DNA of 60,291 nucleotides, counting the filler, from Asterionella formosa (taxonomy: Eukaryota): NCBI GenBank assembly GCA_002256025.1. It is 13 parts of 13 records of this genome, joined end to end, with 100 filler letters (N's around TTAATTAATTAA, not from the genome) between each part and the next. Parts side by side here need not be neighbours in the genome. Positions count along the whole stretch, not along the records: positions 32,556 to 37,097 come from NKIB01013466.1; positions 37,198 to 41,737 come from NKIB01013467.1; positions 41,838 to 46,377 come from NKIB01013468.1; positions 46,478 to 51,016 come from NKIB01013470.1; 9 more parts are not named here. One strand, 5' to 3'. The notes beneath the pieces are model-generated. The model had not been told where the DNA came from. It searched no databases and worked only from the letters and a program-made list of their open reading frames with translations. Numbering within the stretch: the stretch's first letter is position 1; each line of letters opens with the position of its first letter. The position numbers were made by a program, and so were the translations under genes. Of this stretch, positions 36,298 to 48,533 are shown piece by piece.

Positions 36298-37086
36298 TTA
36301 CTCTTCCATGCCTTCTTCCTCCTCTTCATCGTCTTCATCTTCTTCCAGTTGTTCCTTCGCCCATGCAACGGAGGCAGCGATCTGATCCTTAGGTACTCCC
36401 TGGTGCTTCCAGCCAGTTTTCTCCGAGATTTGCGAAAGTTCTAACACAAATGCCTTGTCCTTGGCTTCATCGTGGAGCATGTAAATGATGCGACAAATCT
36501 GTTTGATTGCATCCTCGCAATTAATTGGAGTTTTGTGCAAGTCGAGCTTTTCCAGTTCCGTCTTAGCCGGTTGGCGCCCCTTTCCAGCCGCACATGCGTA
36601 GTATCCGTACGCAACTCCATTTGGCTCGATCATGTACAAACTAGGCGTCTTTGTCTCGGTATCATATCCAGCCAGGAGTGTTGATGCTCCAAATGGCCGG
36701 AGCGATCCATGCAAGGTGCAGTAGTGCACGAAGCTCGCCATTCGGTCAGCAAGCATGGAAGGGGAAATTGGCGCTCCATAATTCTCCACAAAACTTGCTG
36801 ATTCCTCGCGTGCTCGATTGACGATTTGTCGTCCATCTGGAACAAAGCCAGTCATAGCGACTCCAGCATTTCCAGAAACTGTATGGATACGCTGCGAGAA
36901 GGACTCCACGAGGAGCTTGTGTAAGAGAGGCTTTTGGACGCCAAGTACAACTCCGTCCTCGCAGAGAATGCCAATTGCTGTTCCGGCGTGCTCCACTGCT
37001 TTCGAAGCGTATTCTACTTGAAAGATTCGTCCATCAGGAGAAAATGTGGAAGAGGATAGATCGTAACCAGAGCCTGAGGATGCCAT
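36298..37086 (-). CDS. PSMA3: 20S proteasome subunit alpha type-3 (alpha7/Pre10)
   Basis: GSGYDLSSSTFSPDGRIFQVEYASKAVE, RPFG, AAGKGRQPAKTELEKL, HDEAKDKAFVLELS and an acidic tail. Confidence 0.97.
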   Translation of the reverse strand: MASSGSGYDLSSSTFSPDGRIFQVEYASKAVEHAGTAIGILCEDGVVLGVQKPLLHKLLVESFSQRIHTVSGNAGVAMTGFVPDGRQIVNRAREESASFVENYGAPISPSMLADRMASFVHYCTLHGSLRPFGASTLLAGYDTETKTPSLYMIEPNGVAYGYYACAAGKGRQPAKTELEKLDLHKTPINCEDAIKQICRIIYMLHDEAKDKAFVLELSQISEKTGWKHQGVPKDQIAASVAWAKEQLEEDEDDEEEEEGMEE

Positions 37087-37197
37087 GATGAATTCAGNNN
37101 NNNNNNNNNNNNNNNNNNNNNNNNNNNNNNNNNNNNNNNNNTTAATTAATTAANNNNNNNNNNNNNNNNNNNNNNNNNNNNNNNNNNNNNNNNNNNN

Positions 37198-37388
37198 GCG
37201 CCCCGACCACCCGTCTTGGCCACGTGAACGCCGTTGTAGTTGGGTGTCGTGCCCATGTGGAGGACTTTTAGGGAAGCAATTCTTTTAGTGGCGAGTGCAG
37301 CTGAAGAGCGTTGGAGCCAACCAGTTGGCACAAAGGCAGTGGAAGCCGTTGCCAAGAGCGCCAGCGAAAAGGCTTGGATTTTCATCAT
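37198..37388 (-). CDS. 5' end of a plastid-targeted protein (truncated by the contig end)
   Basis: MMKIQAFSLALLATASTA-FVP is a signal peptide with an ASAFAP-type motif, followed by a basic/Ser/Ala transit peptide. Confidence 0.75.
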
Positions 37389-39125
37389 TGGATTGCCTTG
37401 TCTTCGATCAGTTTGTTGGCAAGGCGCTCCACTGTAATCCCTGCTGTGCAATGCTGTGTTTGGTGTGTCTGTGGTTGTAGAGGAACGCAAATACGATGTC
37501 TCGAATGAAAAAGAAACAATCTACAAGCTCATGCGAGGAGGAGGATGGTGATGGTGATGTATTCAGGTTATCAACCACACACGGAACATACAGATACCGG
37601 CATACTATGATATTGTACCACTTGGTTGCCCTCCTCAACAGTACTGGTAGTGGTACCGGTACCAGGTAATACTGGTATCTCAACTGATGTATCCCTTCAT
37701 TCATACCGGTATAAGATCCTTCAATATACTTCATGCGCTCTATCACTACTGTACCAGGTACCGGTTTTTATTTACACATATATATTGTATAATTGATAAT
37801 CACACCGCATGCATAACATACTTACCGGTACTTAGCAAAATGCCTTCGTTCGTGCGCATATCATATGTACGATGAAATAAGGACCTGTCTGGCGACACAA
37901 TGTCCGTTTCAGGGAAAATGACCGCAACCGGAAGGTACCTTCCTTAGTATTTTTGTAGGGGGTTCTTTCCATTTTGCTTTGCTTGTTGGGTATCACTTCT
38001 TTTGAAAAGGTATCAAGCAATGGCTATACTCAATGGGAGTACAAATTGAAAAATTGCTAAATTTTCAAAATAATATCATAACGATTGTATCACTGACAGA
38101 GGTGAGTCCACAAATTGCAAGAATCTAGACCTACTGAGATGCTAAAAATGTGCAAATGAACTGGTAGTCTGGTCACTGAGTTATTATTTTGTCTGATATG
38201 TATACCAGTATATGGCTAGATGTAGGGTCTAATGGAGTCCTCCATATTCCTGGCATATATTAGGTTTCTCATGTCACCAAATATTGCCTGTGGTAGTATG
38301 ATGCAAGACTATGTCTGGCACAACTACCATCACCCCTGTAATTCTGACAATAAATCAAGTAAAAACACCTATAGGCTAACTATCTTCATAAACAGAGCCC
38401 TCTGGAGTCTTCTGGTAGGTAGTTTAGTATCCTCATACTCCACTTGGAAGAGGTTGATGGATGTAATTTCACAAGAAGATCATTAATAGGGGAAAGATGT
38501 GTCACTGTTCTGCATTATCCCTACATCCCTGATTGATCTAGTTATTTCATGTAGAGTTAGCTAGAAAGTGTTAGTGGAACTAGAATAGCACTAAGTAAAT
38601 GCAGTCTGGTCATGTGCAATAGGAAAGCGGCAACATGAAAGCATGGGCCAACGATTGCTAATCTTCTCCGTGTAGTTTGTGCCTTGATTCCAGGCAGACG
38701 TTACAAGTCATAGTCACAGGTGCTGATTAAAGGAAATGTTGAGAGCGACTGGTTGGATGTATAACTCCTTACTGCGCTCATTCTGAACTAAGCAATATAG
38801 GTAACATGAACTCCCATAGGACAATCTGGCTGACAAAAGGTTTTCTCTGCCAAAACATCAGAAGTGTACTCAAGTTTCAAATGCTGACCGATGCCTTCAT
38901 TCACAAAGCCACATGAGGTTCCATCTCTCCCCAAGTGGTCAATGTCCTGAAATATGACCACCTTGGAACAATGACCGAATTCGATACATGGATTTAACTC
39001 AACCATGTTATTGTTGTGGAGCATCCACATGATCTCCTTGACAATGTCCTTGAAGAATGATAAAATGTGGATTCACTGCTACAGAAGTATCATTGCCTTG
39101 CCCAGCCTTTGGTGGATTTTCAGCA

Positions 39126-40628
39126 TTAAGCCATGGCATCAAGCTCACCTTCATTGTCGTCACGTTCAGATGCCACAGGCTCTTGCAAATTTATGGCAGT
39201 GGTTTTGTTTCCGTCATACTGTTTAGCTGCTGGTTTTCTGTTGTCTTCCTCTTCTGTAGTGTGTGTTGAAAGACTCAAGGCCATTGCCATGGCGATTGCT
39301 TCCCTTTCACTCTGAGGAATATCTCCCAAGGAACGACGACGCTGCATCCCGTGGTGATGGTCACAAGAGTGGTTGGAGCCCTCCCTATTGCGGAGAAGCA
39401 AAGATCCACCTTTGTGAGTATGCTTCATTGATCGATAATACTCTTTCTCATCTGACTGTTCAATCTTGGTAGGAGGCAAGGCTGCGAATCCGGCAGTAGC
39501 TTCATATTCGTCTGGTGTGACTCTGGATGCTCCTGGAGTCGGCTCCTTTAATCGACTCCGGGGCTTTATTGATTCAGCTAGACTCAGCACCAATGCTTTT
39601 TCCAAATCTGAATCTACATGTTGTCGACCATGTGCGCTCCGTTCCACCACATGTTGAGGCGGGCTCTTTCTTTGGTCACGTCCATGTGCACTTAGTTCGG
39701 TCGCATAATTATGTGGGCTCCTGCTTCGCTCCCTCCCATGAGCGCTTCGATCTGCCGCGCGATGTGGTGGACTCTTACTTTTGTCTCGTCCGTGTGCGCT
39801 TCGTTCTGCTGCAAGATGAGGTGGGCTCTTGCTTTCGGCTCTTCCGTGTGCACTTCGTTCTGTTTCATGAGAAGGTGGGATCCTGCTATCGTGTCTTCTG
39901 TGCGCGCTCCGTTCCAGTGGTTGACCCAGCGAAAGGGATAAAGCCATGGCAAGTTCCAACTCATCATCGGAATGACTCTTTTGAAGATTACCACTGTGAA
40001 AGTGAACTCTGCAATTAGAATATTCTTCATCGAATCCTTCCGCTGATTTCCGTAAGTGCCCACTTGACTGTGCGATCGACTCCGCCAGCGCTTCCTGCAT
40101 GGCTGGATCCAAATTGCTGTTATACTTTGGCTTTTTCTTGGCCTCCGCTATGAACGAATTCGCCTTGTATTGTATGCGAGAGTGTCCCTTAATTCCATCC
40201 CTGGCGCTTTTGTTCTCGCTATCTTCAGATTGCGTGGTTATTTTGCTCCCTCGCCTGAACAATCCTCCGAGTAAACCTTTCTTCTTGGCTTCGGTAGAAT
40301 CGTTCACTTCGCCAGTTACAATTTGCAATTCATTCAGCTGCACCTTGGCCATTTTCCTCATTTCTTCGCTGGCTTCCTTGATCGTTCCTGCACCACTTGG
40401 CGGTTCGCCCCATACCCTTTCATTCGTTCGAATATTAGTGAAGTACGAACGAATACTAAGCTTGTTGTTCACTTCGCAAACGGCCAAGGTTTCCTGCCAG
40501 GTATCTCCATCGGATTGGTTGAATTTGGCACCAGATACATGATTGGAGCGCCGGGCAACAAATCCATCGGAGATATCCTCGGGATCATTTGACCTTGACG
40601 TTCCGGGTGGCTGTTTCTTTGAAGTCAT
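39126..40628 (-). CDS. WW-like domain plus multiple ubiquitin-interacting motif (UIM) protein with 18-aa tandem repeats
   Basis: SYFTNIRTNERVWGEPP (WW-like). AMQEALAESI, ELELAMALSL, DLEKALVLSL and AIAMAMALSL (UIM-like). ERSAHGR..KSPP repeated. Confidence 0.75.
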   Translation of the reverse strand: MTSKKQPPGTSRSNDPEDISDGFVARRSNHVSGAKFNQSDGDTWQETLAVCEVNNKLSIRSYFTNIRTNERVWGEPPSGAGTIKEASEEMRKMAKVQLNELQIVTGEVNDSTEAKKKGLLGGLFRRGSKITTQSEDSENKSARDGIKGHSRIQYKANSFIAEAKKKPKYNSNLDPAMQEALAESIAQSSGHLRKSAEGFDEEYSNCRVHFHSGNLQKSHSDDELELAMALSLSLGQPLERSAHRRHDSRIPPSHETERSAHGRAESKSPPHLAAERSAHGRDKSKSPPHRAADRSAHGRERSRSPHNYATELSAHGRDQRKSPPQHVVERSAHGRQHVDSDLEKALVLSLAESIKPRSRLKEPTPGASRVTPDEYEATAGFAALPPTKIEQSDEKEYYRSMKHTHKGGSLLLRNREGSNHSCDHHHGMQRRRSLGDIPQSEREAIAMAMALSLSTHTTEEEDNRKPAAKQYDGNKTTAINLQEPVASERDDNEGELDAMA

Positions 40629-42429
40629 CGTGATACTTATTTGTTAACGGCGAAATGATGCACTGATGCCAAAAAAATAAACGCGGAGGAAGGAGTACAT
40701 GCTAATTAACTAAGAATGGTGAATGCCTGAGCGAGTTTCAAATTGGTCCAACGAGGATGATGCTTCTTCCCTTTCAAACGGTACAAGTAAAAACTGGTTT
40801 AGCTACATAAGCTACCTGGTACTGGTACCAGGTATCTGGTACAAAGTACCCTGGTACCAGATCTTGTTGTCGTGCTTAGTAACTTACCTGGTACCTGGTA
40901 CCGTAAATGCAAGCGCTGGTACTAGTACCAGATACAATCATAGACGCTGACGGTGCCATTGTGGTATACCGCGGCTGTAGCCGCTTTGCCTTGGACTTCC
41001 GTTTACTACACAACTCTCATGTCGTGGGCTAAGTAGACACCTAGTGTAGGTGGTAACGCTGTTTGATGGTGGTAATGGCGGGTTTATGCTGTGTTCCACT
41101 TGATGAGATAAACGAGTCCGAAAACGATGAGTGAGAAACATCGGAAGAAAATCAAATTACACTTGTTGAGGCAACTAGGCTGACATTTTATGATCTTCAT
41201 ATTCAATATTGATTAAAATGTTATACTCTAAATAAATATAGCTTGCTTTCACCCTTTTCTGCAGTTGAACTCTTGTTTCAGTGCAATTCTGTACACAATC
41301 CTAATTTAAATGCTGTATGAATGATAGACTAGTTTGCACCGTAGCGATGAAGCGATTTTGAACTGACTATTACAATATGCATCGTCCTCTAATGCTCTGG
41401 AGACAACCATCACAACTATGCTGGTCAATTGTTTTCCAATGCAAGCTTGCAGTGATGAGTGTCAAGTCCACTTCTGCCACAACAACCACAGCAAACAAAT
41501 TAAATAGTTGTCTTGACAAATTGTTGCAGGAATTCATCAGTCCTTCAAAGCCACATGCAACCTTCACAATAGTCAAATGTCTGCATTTTCCAGGTTGGTA
41601 GTATAGCCTTGCTAAAACTTCATCACCAAGTTTCACAAAAAATTTAGTTGAGCCTCTCAACAAATGCCTATAGTACTTTATGTTACTCCTTTCTTAATTT
41701 GGAAAATCAGTCATTGAGATACCCCTCGAGCACAATANNNNNNNNNNNNNNNNNNNNNNNNNNNNNNNNNNNNNNNNNNNNTTAATTAATTAANNNNNNN
41801 NNNNNNNNNNNNNNNNNNNNNNNNNNNNNNNNNNNNNACTGGATAAAGTATATTTTGCTGGATTAGGATGCATTCACAGGATTGGAGACCCTGGTCCTGA
41901 TTAAACAGCTGTGTGAAAGAGCAAGAATCCTTCGCCGTGCGGATCCCGATGGATTCTGCTGTCGTTTATTTTGATATTCTTCCGATGTGCAAAGCGCAAT
42001 AGAAGCCAAATGTCTGCAGGTCTCAGCTAATAATGCATATGAGCAGATTTTTTTTCTGTCTGTGATGATGATGTTGTTGCTTGTCGCTTATGATATCTTC
42101 TCAGTACACCAACAATGAGATGCGGTACCAGTACCCTGGAACCATCATCAGATGCCGCTATATCACATACCAGTAGATGCATTATGTTGAAATTTATGGC
42201 GCTTTATCCTAGCGCGCTCCAGTAGTACTTCTGCTGAAGGCAAGACATGCCCGAGGTGGTCTCTTGCCTGCGAGCATGGTACCTGGTACCACGTACCTGG
42301 TTGACCTGGTATGTTGAAATTTATGGCTCCTCCTCTAGCGCGCTCCAGTCCTGCCCTGGAATGGACCGGTTAAGATCTTTCTCGCACTGCTAGTTTGCAT
42401 ATTATTCTGCTACCTATATAAATACATTA

Positions 42430-42526
42430 CAGTGAAACCTCCCTATAAGATACACCCTGTTTGCTCCTGCATTTATGGCCTTTTCGAATCCTATAGGGAG
42501 GTGTTCTTATAAGGAGGTTCAGCATG
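42430..42526. mobile_element. Pogo/Tigger-type MITE or element end (~97 bp)
   Basis: TA|CAGTGAAACCTCCCTATAAGATACACC at the left and an imperfect inverse GGTGTTCTTATAAGGAGGTTCAGCATG at the right, plus an extra internal CCTATAGGGAGG. Confidence 0.55.
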
Positions 42527-42629
42527 TTTACGCTGTTCTGTACTCCATACATACTACAGTACCAGGGTACCGGTACATAATATGTACAATATGCATAGAC
42601 CAAGGCAGGGTTGTTTAAACCAATCATTT

Positions 42630-43132
42630 GCAGTGTTGAAAATAATGTCAGCTGGGGTACATCCATCACACAAACTAGCCAAGAAAGCTTTCCATTCTTC
42701 AGCCTTATCAATGTCTACATTCCCAGACTCTCCACAAATAGCATAGGATTTGACATTGTGTCTTTTCTTCCATTTTTCAAGCCAGCCATAAGATGCCTTA
42801 CAATTATGATCTGCATCGAATGCTTTGGCAATCAATAAAGCCTTGCTTTGCAGGATGGGTCCACTAATTGGATATCCAGTTGCGCAAGCAGTGCAAAACC
42901 ATCTCCACAATACTGTGTTGATTTCTGTACCACTATTAAGGTGAGCCATTTTCATTGATCGCATCGATTTTCCTTCCGTCAGTAAGTCCTCCTGCTTTTT
43001 CTTTGCTTTTTGAACAGTTCCAATGCTTATGCCAAGTTTAAAAGCAACTTCTCTAACACTATCCCCTTCACCAAGAAGCTTTATTGCCGCTAACTTTGCA
43101 TCAATGGAAACACTTTTACGCTTTAACTTCAT
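42630..43132 (-). pseudogene. Pogo/Tigger transposase N-terminal half (CENP-B-type HTH domains); DDE domain missing
   Basis: KRKSVSIDAKL..SVREVAFKLGISIGTV, LWRWF..GYPISGPILQSKA, ASYGWLEKWKKRH..GESGNVD; ends at DIIFN, just before the expected DET motif. Confidence 0.88.
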
Positions 43133-43550
43133 TTCCGATATGCTCTTCACAACTCCTTCAGTTCCCAATGGCGATGATGTCTGAGTCTTGGAGATTGTAA
43201 GACGAAGTGAAAGAATTGAATCAAATGTACAAGTAACGGTCAACCTTCCTTTCAGTAAAGTATAACTAAAAATTATTATAAAAGGTTCATGAACAGGTAC
43301 TAATGTCACGAGTGGTGATACTATGTACCAGGTACCACTATATCATTGCTAAGCAAGATGATGTGGTAGGTATACTGCTGACGCTTCTATGACTGTGCTT
43401 GCATAAGCATGTATTTTTGTTATGCATAAACATGTAAAATGATGCTCCCAGTAGTACTGAAGATTTTCAGTCCACAGCAGTGATTTGAGATGATCAAAAC
43501 ATGCAAAACAAGGAAAAAACTACTGGCTCAAACTGAGTGCAGACTGTCCG

Positions 43551-44741
43551 GTGCTCGTTTTTATCTTATACAAAGGTCAGAATGACCAATTTTCAGCAAA
43601 AGTGTATCCAAGTCAATTATGTCAACTCATGTCTCCCATTCGAACCTTCATGTACGTGAACATTCCCAAAACGAAGCCACAATTCAAGCGATGGGAAGAA
43701 CTTTATTCTCGAACTCCCCAAGAAGTCTGTACTTATGCTGCAAAGACTTATAACTTGTTACATTTCAAAAAAGAAATTGAGGAGTTTAAATCTCTTGCAT
43801 ATTGGGATTTTCAAACAATTCAAAATCTCATTCAATTCATAACTCATGAACTCCATCCATCCAATGTGAGTGTTATTGTTGATGTTGATGACAATCCACA
43901 AATGGATTGTGGTGGAGACACTTATAGTGGCAATTGTCACCCGTTGTATATTGAGTGTACCTATGTGATTATAGTGTACTGCAAGAGATCATCTGGTGGA
44001 AATAATCATTTTGTTCATTACATATTTGATCTCAAGGAAGGGATATTTCAAATCCGCAATCCAGCAGAAGCAGCCACAGTCCAAGAACATCTCGATCAAG
44101 TGTTTCACCTTGCCCGTAAATATTGCATCATCCCTGGATGTAAAAGGGAAAAAGAAATAGCATCATGGGATGCCTACCTTCCGATCCATGCTTATAAGCC
44201 ATAACAGGTCATTCAGAGTGAGAGTTTCTATCATTTTACAAAAGCTCCATTGCAAGTTTTTATGGCAACTTCTCATGACTCACTAATATATCAGCCAGAA
44301 GGTGATACTGGATGGTCCTGTGGACCATTCACTGTTGTGAAATTTTTAGAAAGTCTACTTCAATTGGAAAGAAATGGTGAAACCAAATTTTTTGGATGTC
44401 GGGCTCAATTTCGTCTAGAGAACTGCAATTGGAAGCAGTTGGACGGCATGGTAGTATCATCAGATCATGTTGGCTTTCCGTCGAAAGTACCTCATGTCAA
44501 GAATATGGATAATTTTTTTGGCCTTGGAACCGTTTGGTCTAAAAAATCATTGAAGGTTCTTACCAAGAAGGAGAAGGTGCAAATGAAAAAAGCTGTAGTT
44601 GCCTTCTGCATAAAGAAAGTTGTGCAGAATTGTTTTATGGACTTGAAAATGTTGAATGAAACATTTGGAAAAACCCCTTGCAATTTCTTGAATGAAGAGG
44701 AAGTTGACGCCTACCGTCACCGTGGTGATCAACACAATTGA
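43551..44741 (+). pseudogene. Degenerate Ulp1/C48-like cysteine protease-domain ORF, probable transposon cargo
   Basis: NHFVHYIFD followed by YQPEGDTGWSCGPF gives the H, D, Q, C order of Ulp1-like proteases; broken by a stop or intron. Confidence 0.35.
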
Positions 44742-45942
44742 AATTTCCCCTTTCAATTGGGAGTCAGTATCATCTGGACTCTCAAGTGATGTTGCTATAA
44801 ATGAGAAATTTGCTCTCTTTGTCAATGCATTTGACAACGCATTGCAGATTAGAGAAAAGCTAAAATTTTAAAGGTTAGTGTTGCATAATAAGGTTGCAGT
44901 GCTTTGTACTATGTACTGCATGACACATTATTGAATATACACGTATATACCGGTATTCAGTATTTATTGACGAAAAAGCGATACTTGGACATTTCGTTTC
45001 ATTCATTTCTATTCATACCGCTGCTCACAAATCGATCCCTCTTCTCTATTTTGATTTTGCCTTTTTGCCCAAACAATGGCATTACGAACCTTTAACTGGT
45101 GCTCGGTATGCAACTATAAATTTCTGGAAGAACAAATCTCCCTCTGACTTTCACAATCGAAACTGCAACAATCGACAATTTTATGATTTTGGTTTGTGCC
45201 ATCACTGCTTGGAAGAACACCGCATTTCTGGAATTTGCAATCAAACTATGTATTGTGGTGGTAAACTATCAAGTGATTTAAATGAAACAGGAATGTAAGG
45301 TGTCTCTTCCTCATTTCCCAACGTTCTTATTTTTGATAGTTTGCATACGGCAGAGTCTCTTTCACAATTAGATGACCAGAATTTGTTATTTCCATTCTAT
45401 GACGAAAGTATCTCATTGACTTCAAATACATCAAGGCAAGGTGGAGAGGAAACAGAATTATCAGAAATTATTGGGTTGGATAATGATACTATGCATTATC
45501 CTGAGTACCAAGATCGAAGTGGGTTCATTCCCAAGGAATCCTCGACCTCTTCAATTTCAATTTCCCAAAAACATCTACTATACATGCATCCAATCGAATT
45601 AGAACTCATGTTATTCCTGAACGAGAACCATCTACCACCAATGTACTTCGATCATCTTATGATATGGTTATTGTATAACCCACAGATGAACTATATTGAA
45701 TGAAAAATATCCCACAGCAAAGGTGGGTTTGACCTTTCAATGGAATACAACTCTACATTGTGTTTCCTTGGCTATAGCATAGTATGTCTCATACAAGAAG
45801 TGGTTGACAGTCAAATTGTTATTCACAAAAATCGTTTCTAATTGTAAGATGAATATCATGATATTAACAATTGATAAAGAGCATCTTTGCTATCATATGT
45901 TGTGTCACCCTCATGACAGGTTATTGTGCACAATGCAATGAT

Positions 45943-46176
45943 GAAATGAAATTAAAAATCTTACAGTATGGCAAAGCTATCCAATAATTGTGCTCGTGCC
46001 CACATTTTGAATGGAAACAATTAATACCGGTTTTATTCATGCATTTGTACGGTACAATGGGACTTGTCTTTTGTCAGCCACACCCCCAGAACTCTAGGGA
46101 CTACATGGAAAAGACAGGTGGAGAATGCAGGAAGTGAACCCGCCAACACAGAAAGTGTGCTAATGACCCATTCCCC
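45943..46176 (-). mobile_element. tRNA-derived SINE, full-length copy 3
   Basis: Minus strand starts GGGGAATGG..GCGGGTTCACTTCCTGCATTCTCCACCTGTCTTTTCCATGTAGTCCCTAG and is colinear with copy 1. Perfect 18-bp TSD TGTGCACAATGCAATGAT at 45925-45942 and 46177-46194. Confidence 0.88.
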
Positions 46177-47424
46177 TGTGCACAATGCAATGATATATAT
46201 TGCAAAAGGTGGGGAATGGCTTAAAATTTAAGTATGTTCCCTTTGAGGGTATGTTGTGGGGTTTGATTCCCAAATTTTTCGATTCCCTTCTGACCAGCAT
46301 CCTGCATGGTCTTGTCCGGTGGGAAGGAGAACATAGGGTGCCCCCCTACAAGGAGCGTGTGCTGCTGCAAGCAGCCANNNNNNNNNNNNNNNNNNNNNNN
46401 NNNNNNNNNNNNNNNNNNNNNTTAATTAATTAANNNNNNNNNNNNNNNNNNNNNNNNNNNNNNNNNNNNNNNNNNNNTCGTGGAAAAAAATTTTAGCGTA
46501 TGGTCTAAATACTGATCCTCAACAATAGGGGTTACACCTTTTGCAATGTGAAACACTCAATTAAACATTTTTGTACTTTGCATTTTGTTTAGCCTTCTTA
46601 CCAAATAGGTTCAGATATTTTGAAAGTCCAATCCTCCCAAGTCTATTTTTTCTAGGTCCCTCCTTCGCCAGTTCTACATCACCCACATGCACTAGATAAT
46701 TTGTCTCTGTTGACAGGTCAAAGTATATCTTGAATGTATGTGTTGCATTCAAGAGTTCACCAATATGTGACATTGACATTGCTTCTTACCCCCTACAAGC
46801 ACCAGCTTGTGCTGGCTCCTCTAAGAACACTGTGGCTAAGATGATCAATTTTTAAGAAAGGTGGTTGGGGAATCACCTAAGCACAGGCCTTGTCTCAAGG
46901 TAGCACAATGAATATACTTGCCTTGAAAAAGGGGAGTAGGAATGGGCTGTAAAACAAATTATCATTTCATTCTACTTCTCTGATGCAAATGTTGCAGCTA
47001 ACATGCAATCACTTACTTCTGTACACTTAAGTTGCGCAGCATACAAACAATGGTAGCAGGATGGACGAGGGGAGCTATCTTAAAATGCAACAACAGTGCT
47101 CAGAAATAAATTTCTCCCAGAAAAACTAAATGTTCTTGTTAGCTTATTGACTGTGACGTAGGACCTCAAAAATATAAAGAAAAATGCAAAATATTTTTAA
47201 TAGACTAGACTACCGGCACTATTTTTACAAATACAATAGTATGATTCCTACATGGGAATTAATTAGTTTTTATAGCGATTGTGGACTCAATTAAAATGTA
47301 CCCTATGGTGTGGTGACTTGGTGGTGGAAACAACAATATGACGATGACAATCAAATGGTGATCCAACTATTCTAAACAGATAAATAGTGAATCATAAATC
47401 AATTTTGTTTTGGGCCTGATCTCT

Positions 47425-48533
47425 CTCCCTCCGGGTCATCGGGCGACTTTACTTCTACTCAACCAGACATGGATAATGAGTCATCTACCCACAGCCATCA
47501 AAGAAGCGTTATATAGAACTGATCTAGAAGAATATATTATGAAATGCGCTGGTTGGGATTCTTCAAAATTATTTGATATGGTGGACTGGGAAGCTAGGGC
47601 TCGCGCGGGAAAGACGATCAAGGGTGAACAACGGACAACAATTTTCAAACTTGAATTTGACTTATTTGCAACAATGAAGGATGGCAGATGCCCACGGTGT
47701 GGAAAATTTAACGAAGATTTCGACCACACTGTCAGATGCCCACACAATAATCAAGAAAGAATCAAGATTTGGACAAAATTGATGGCTCCACTTCGAGGAG
47801 TCTCTACGTGCCCCTACGTGATCAACACCTTCGACAAAGGACTTCAAAAATGGTTAGCAACGGGGACCGTACAGTGGGAAGGTAAAATTCCGAACAGAGA
47901 TGATGAAATTGGACAGGTCACAATTCAAGCCTTCTTGAATCAACAAGCAATTGGTTGGAATCAAGCGATCCGGGGAAGGATTATTCGTCTATGAGGAATC
48001 GCGAACTCGCTGTACTGTAAAAGGAGAGGGTTAGCAGAGGAGGGGTCTTGGGCGGAACAGTGGACAACAAACCTGGTGACTATATTGTGAAAATACCGGC
48101 TTGAGTGCTGGAGGGTAAGAAATCAGTATTTGTATGGCGACACAGTAGAAGAGCAAGAAAAACTTTTACACCTGGACCTGGATACTTTGATTACTTATCT
48201 ATATGATATGAAAGAGATGATTAATCCAAGTGATTCGGCATTGTTTCTACTCCCAAGATTGGTTCGACAGAAACATCATAACATGGGACAAAAACTACTA
48301 TGGGTGAAAACAGTGAATATCTCAATTCAGAGTTGGCAGAAAGAAGGTGGTATTACTCTGGGAGACAGAGCTCGGCTCCGCCTCGCCCATCAGGTCGAAA
48401 GGTTGGAGGGACGTCGGCCAAGGGTTCGTTTACAGCACGAGCTTGCGTAATACTAGCATCTGTGTGTATCCATGGCCCAAGTGCGATTATAAGTTTAGAT
48501 ATAACGTACTATAAAATTTTATTTATCTATATT
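47425..48533 (+). mobile_element. 5'-truncated non-LTR retrotransposon (LINE, possibly Ambal-like): C-terminal zinc-knuckle region plus 3' UTR
   Basis: FDMVDWEA, CPRC....EDFDHTVRC (CCHC), QQAIGWNQAIRGRI, W..RN..LYG, with two in-frame TGA. Perfect 17-bp TSD TTTTGGGCCTGATCTCT at 47408-47424 and 48534-48550. Confidence 0.85.

Noticed and set aside
37198..37260. Specific enzyme identity for the truncated plastid-targeted protein
   Set aside because: Only ~20 mature residues are visible, which is not diagnostic.
46211..46223. GGGGAATGGCTTA, identical to the first 13 nt of SINE copy 1, next to copy 3
   Set aside because: Similarity does not extend further and there is no B box or TSD; too short to call.
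47990..48092. UGA-as-Trp recoding suggested by two TGA codons at likely Trp positions of the LINE
   Set aside because: Other Trp codons in the frame are TGG and host genes end at TGA; point mutation in a dead copy is the simpler explanation.
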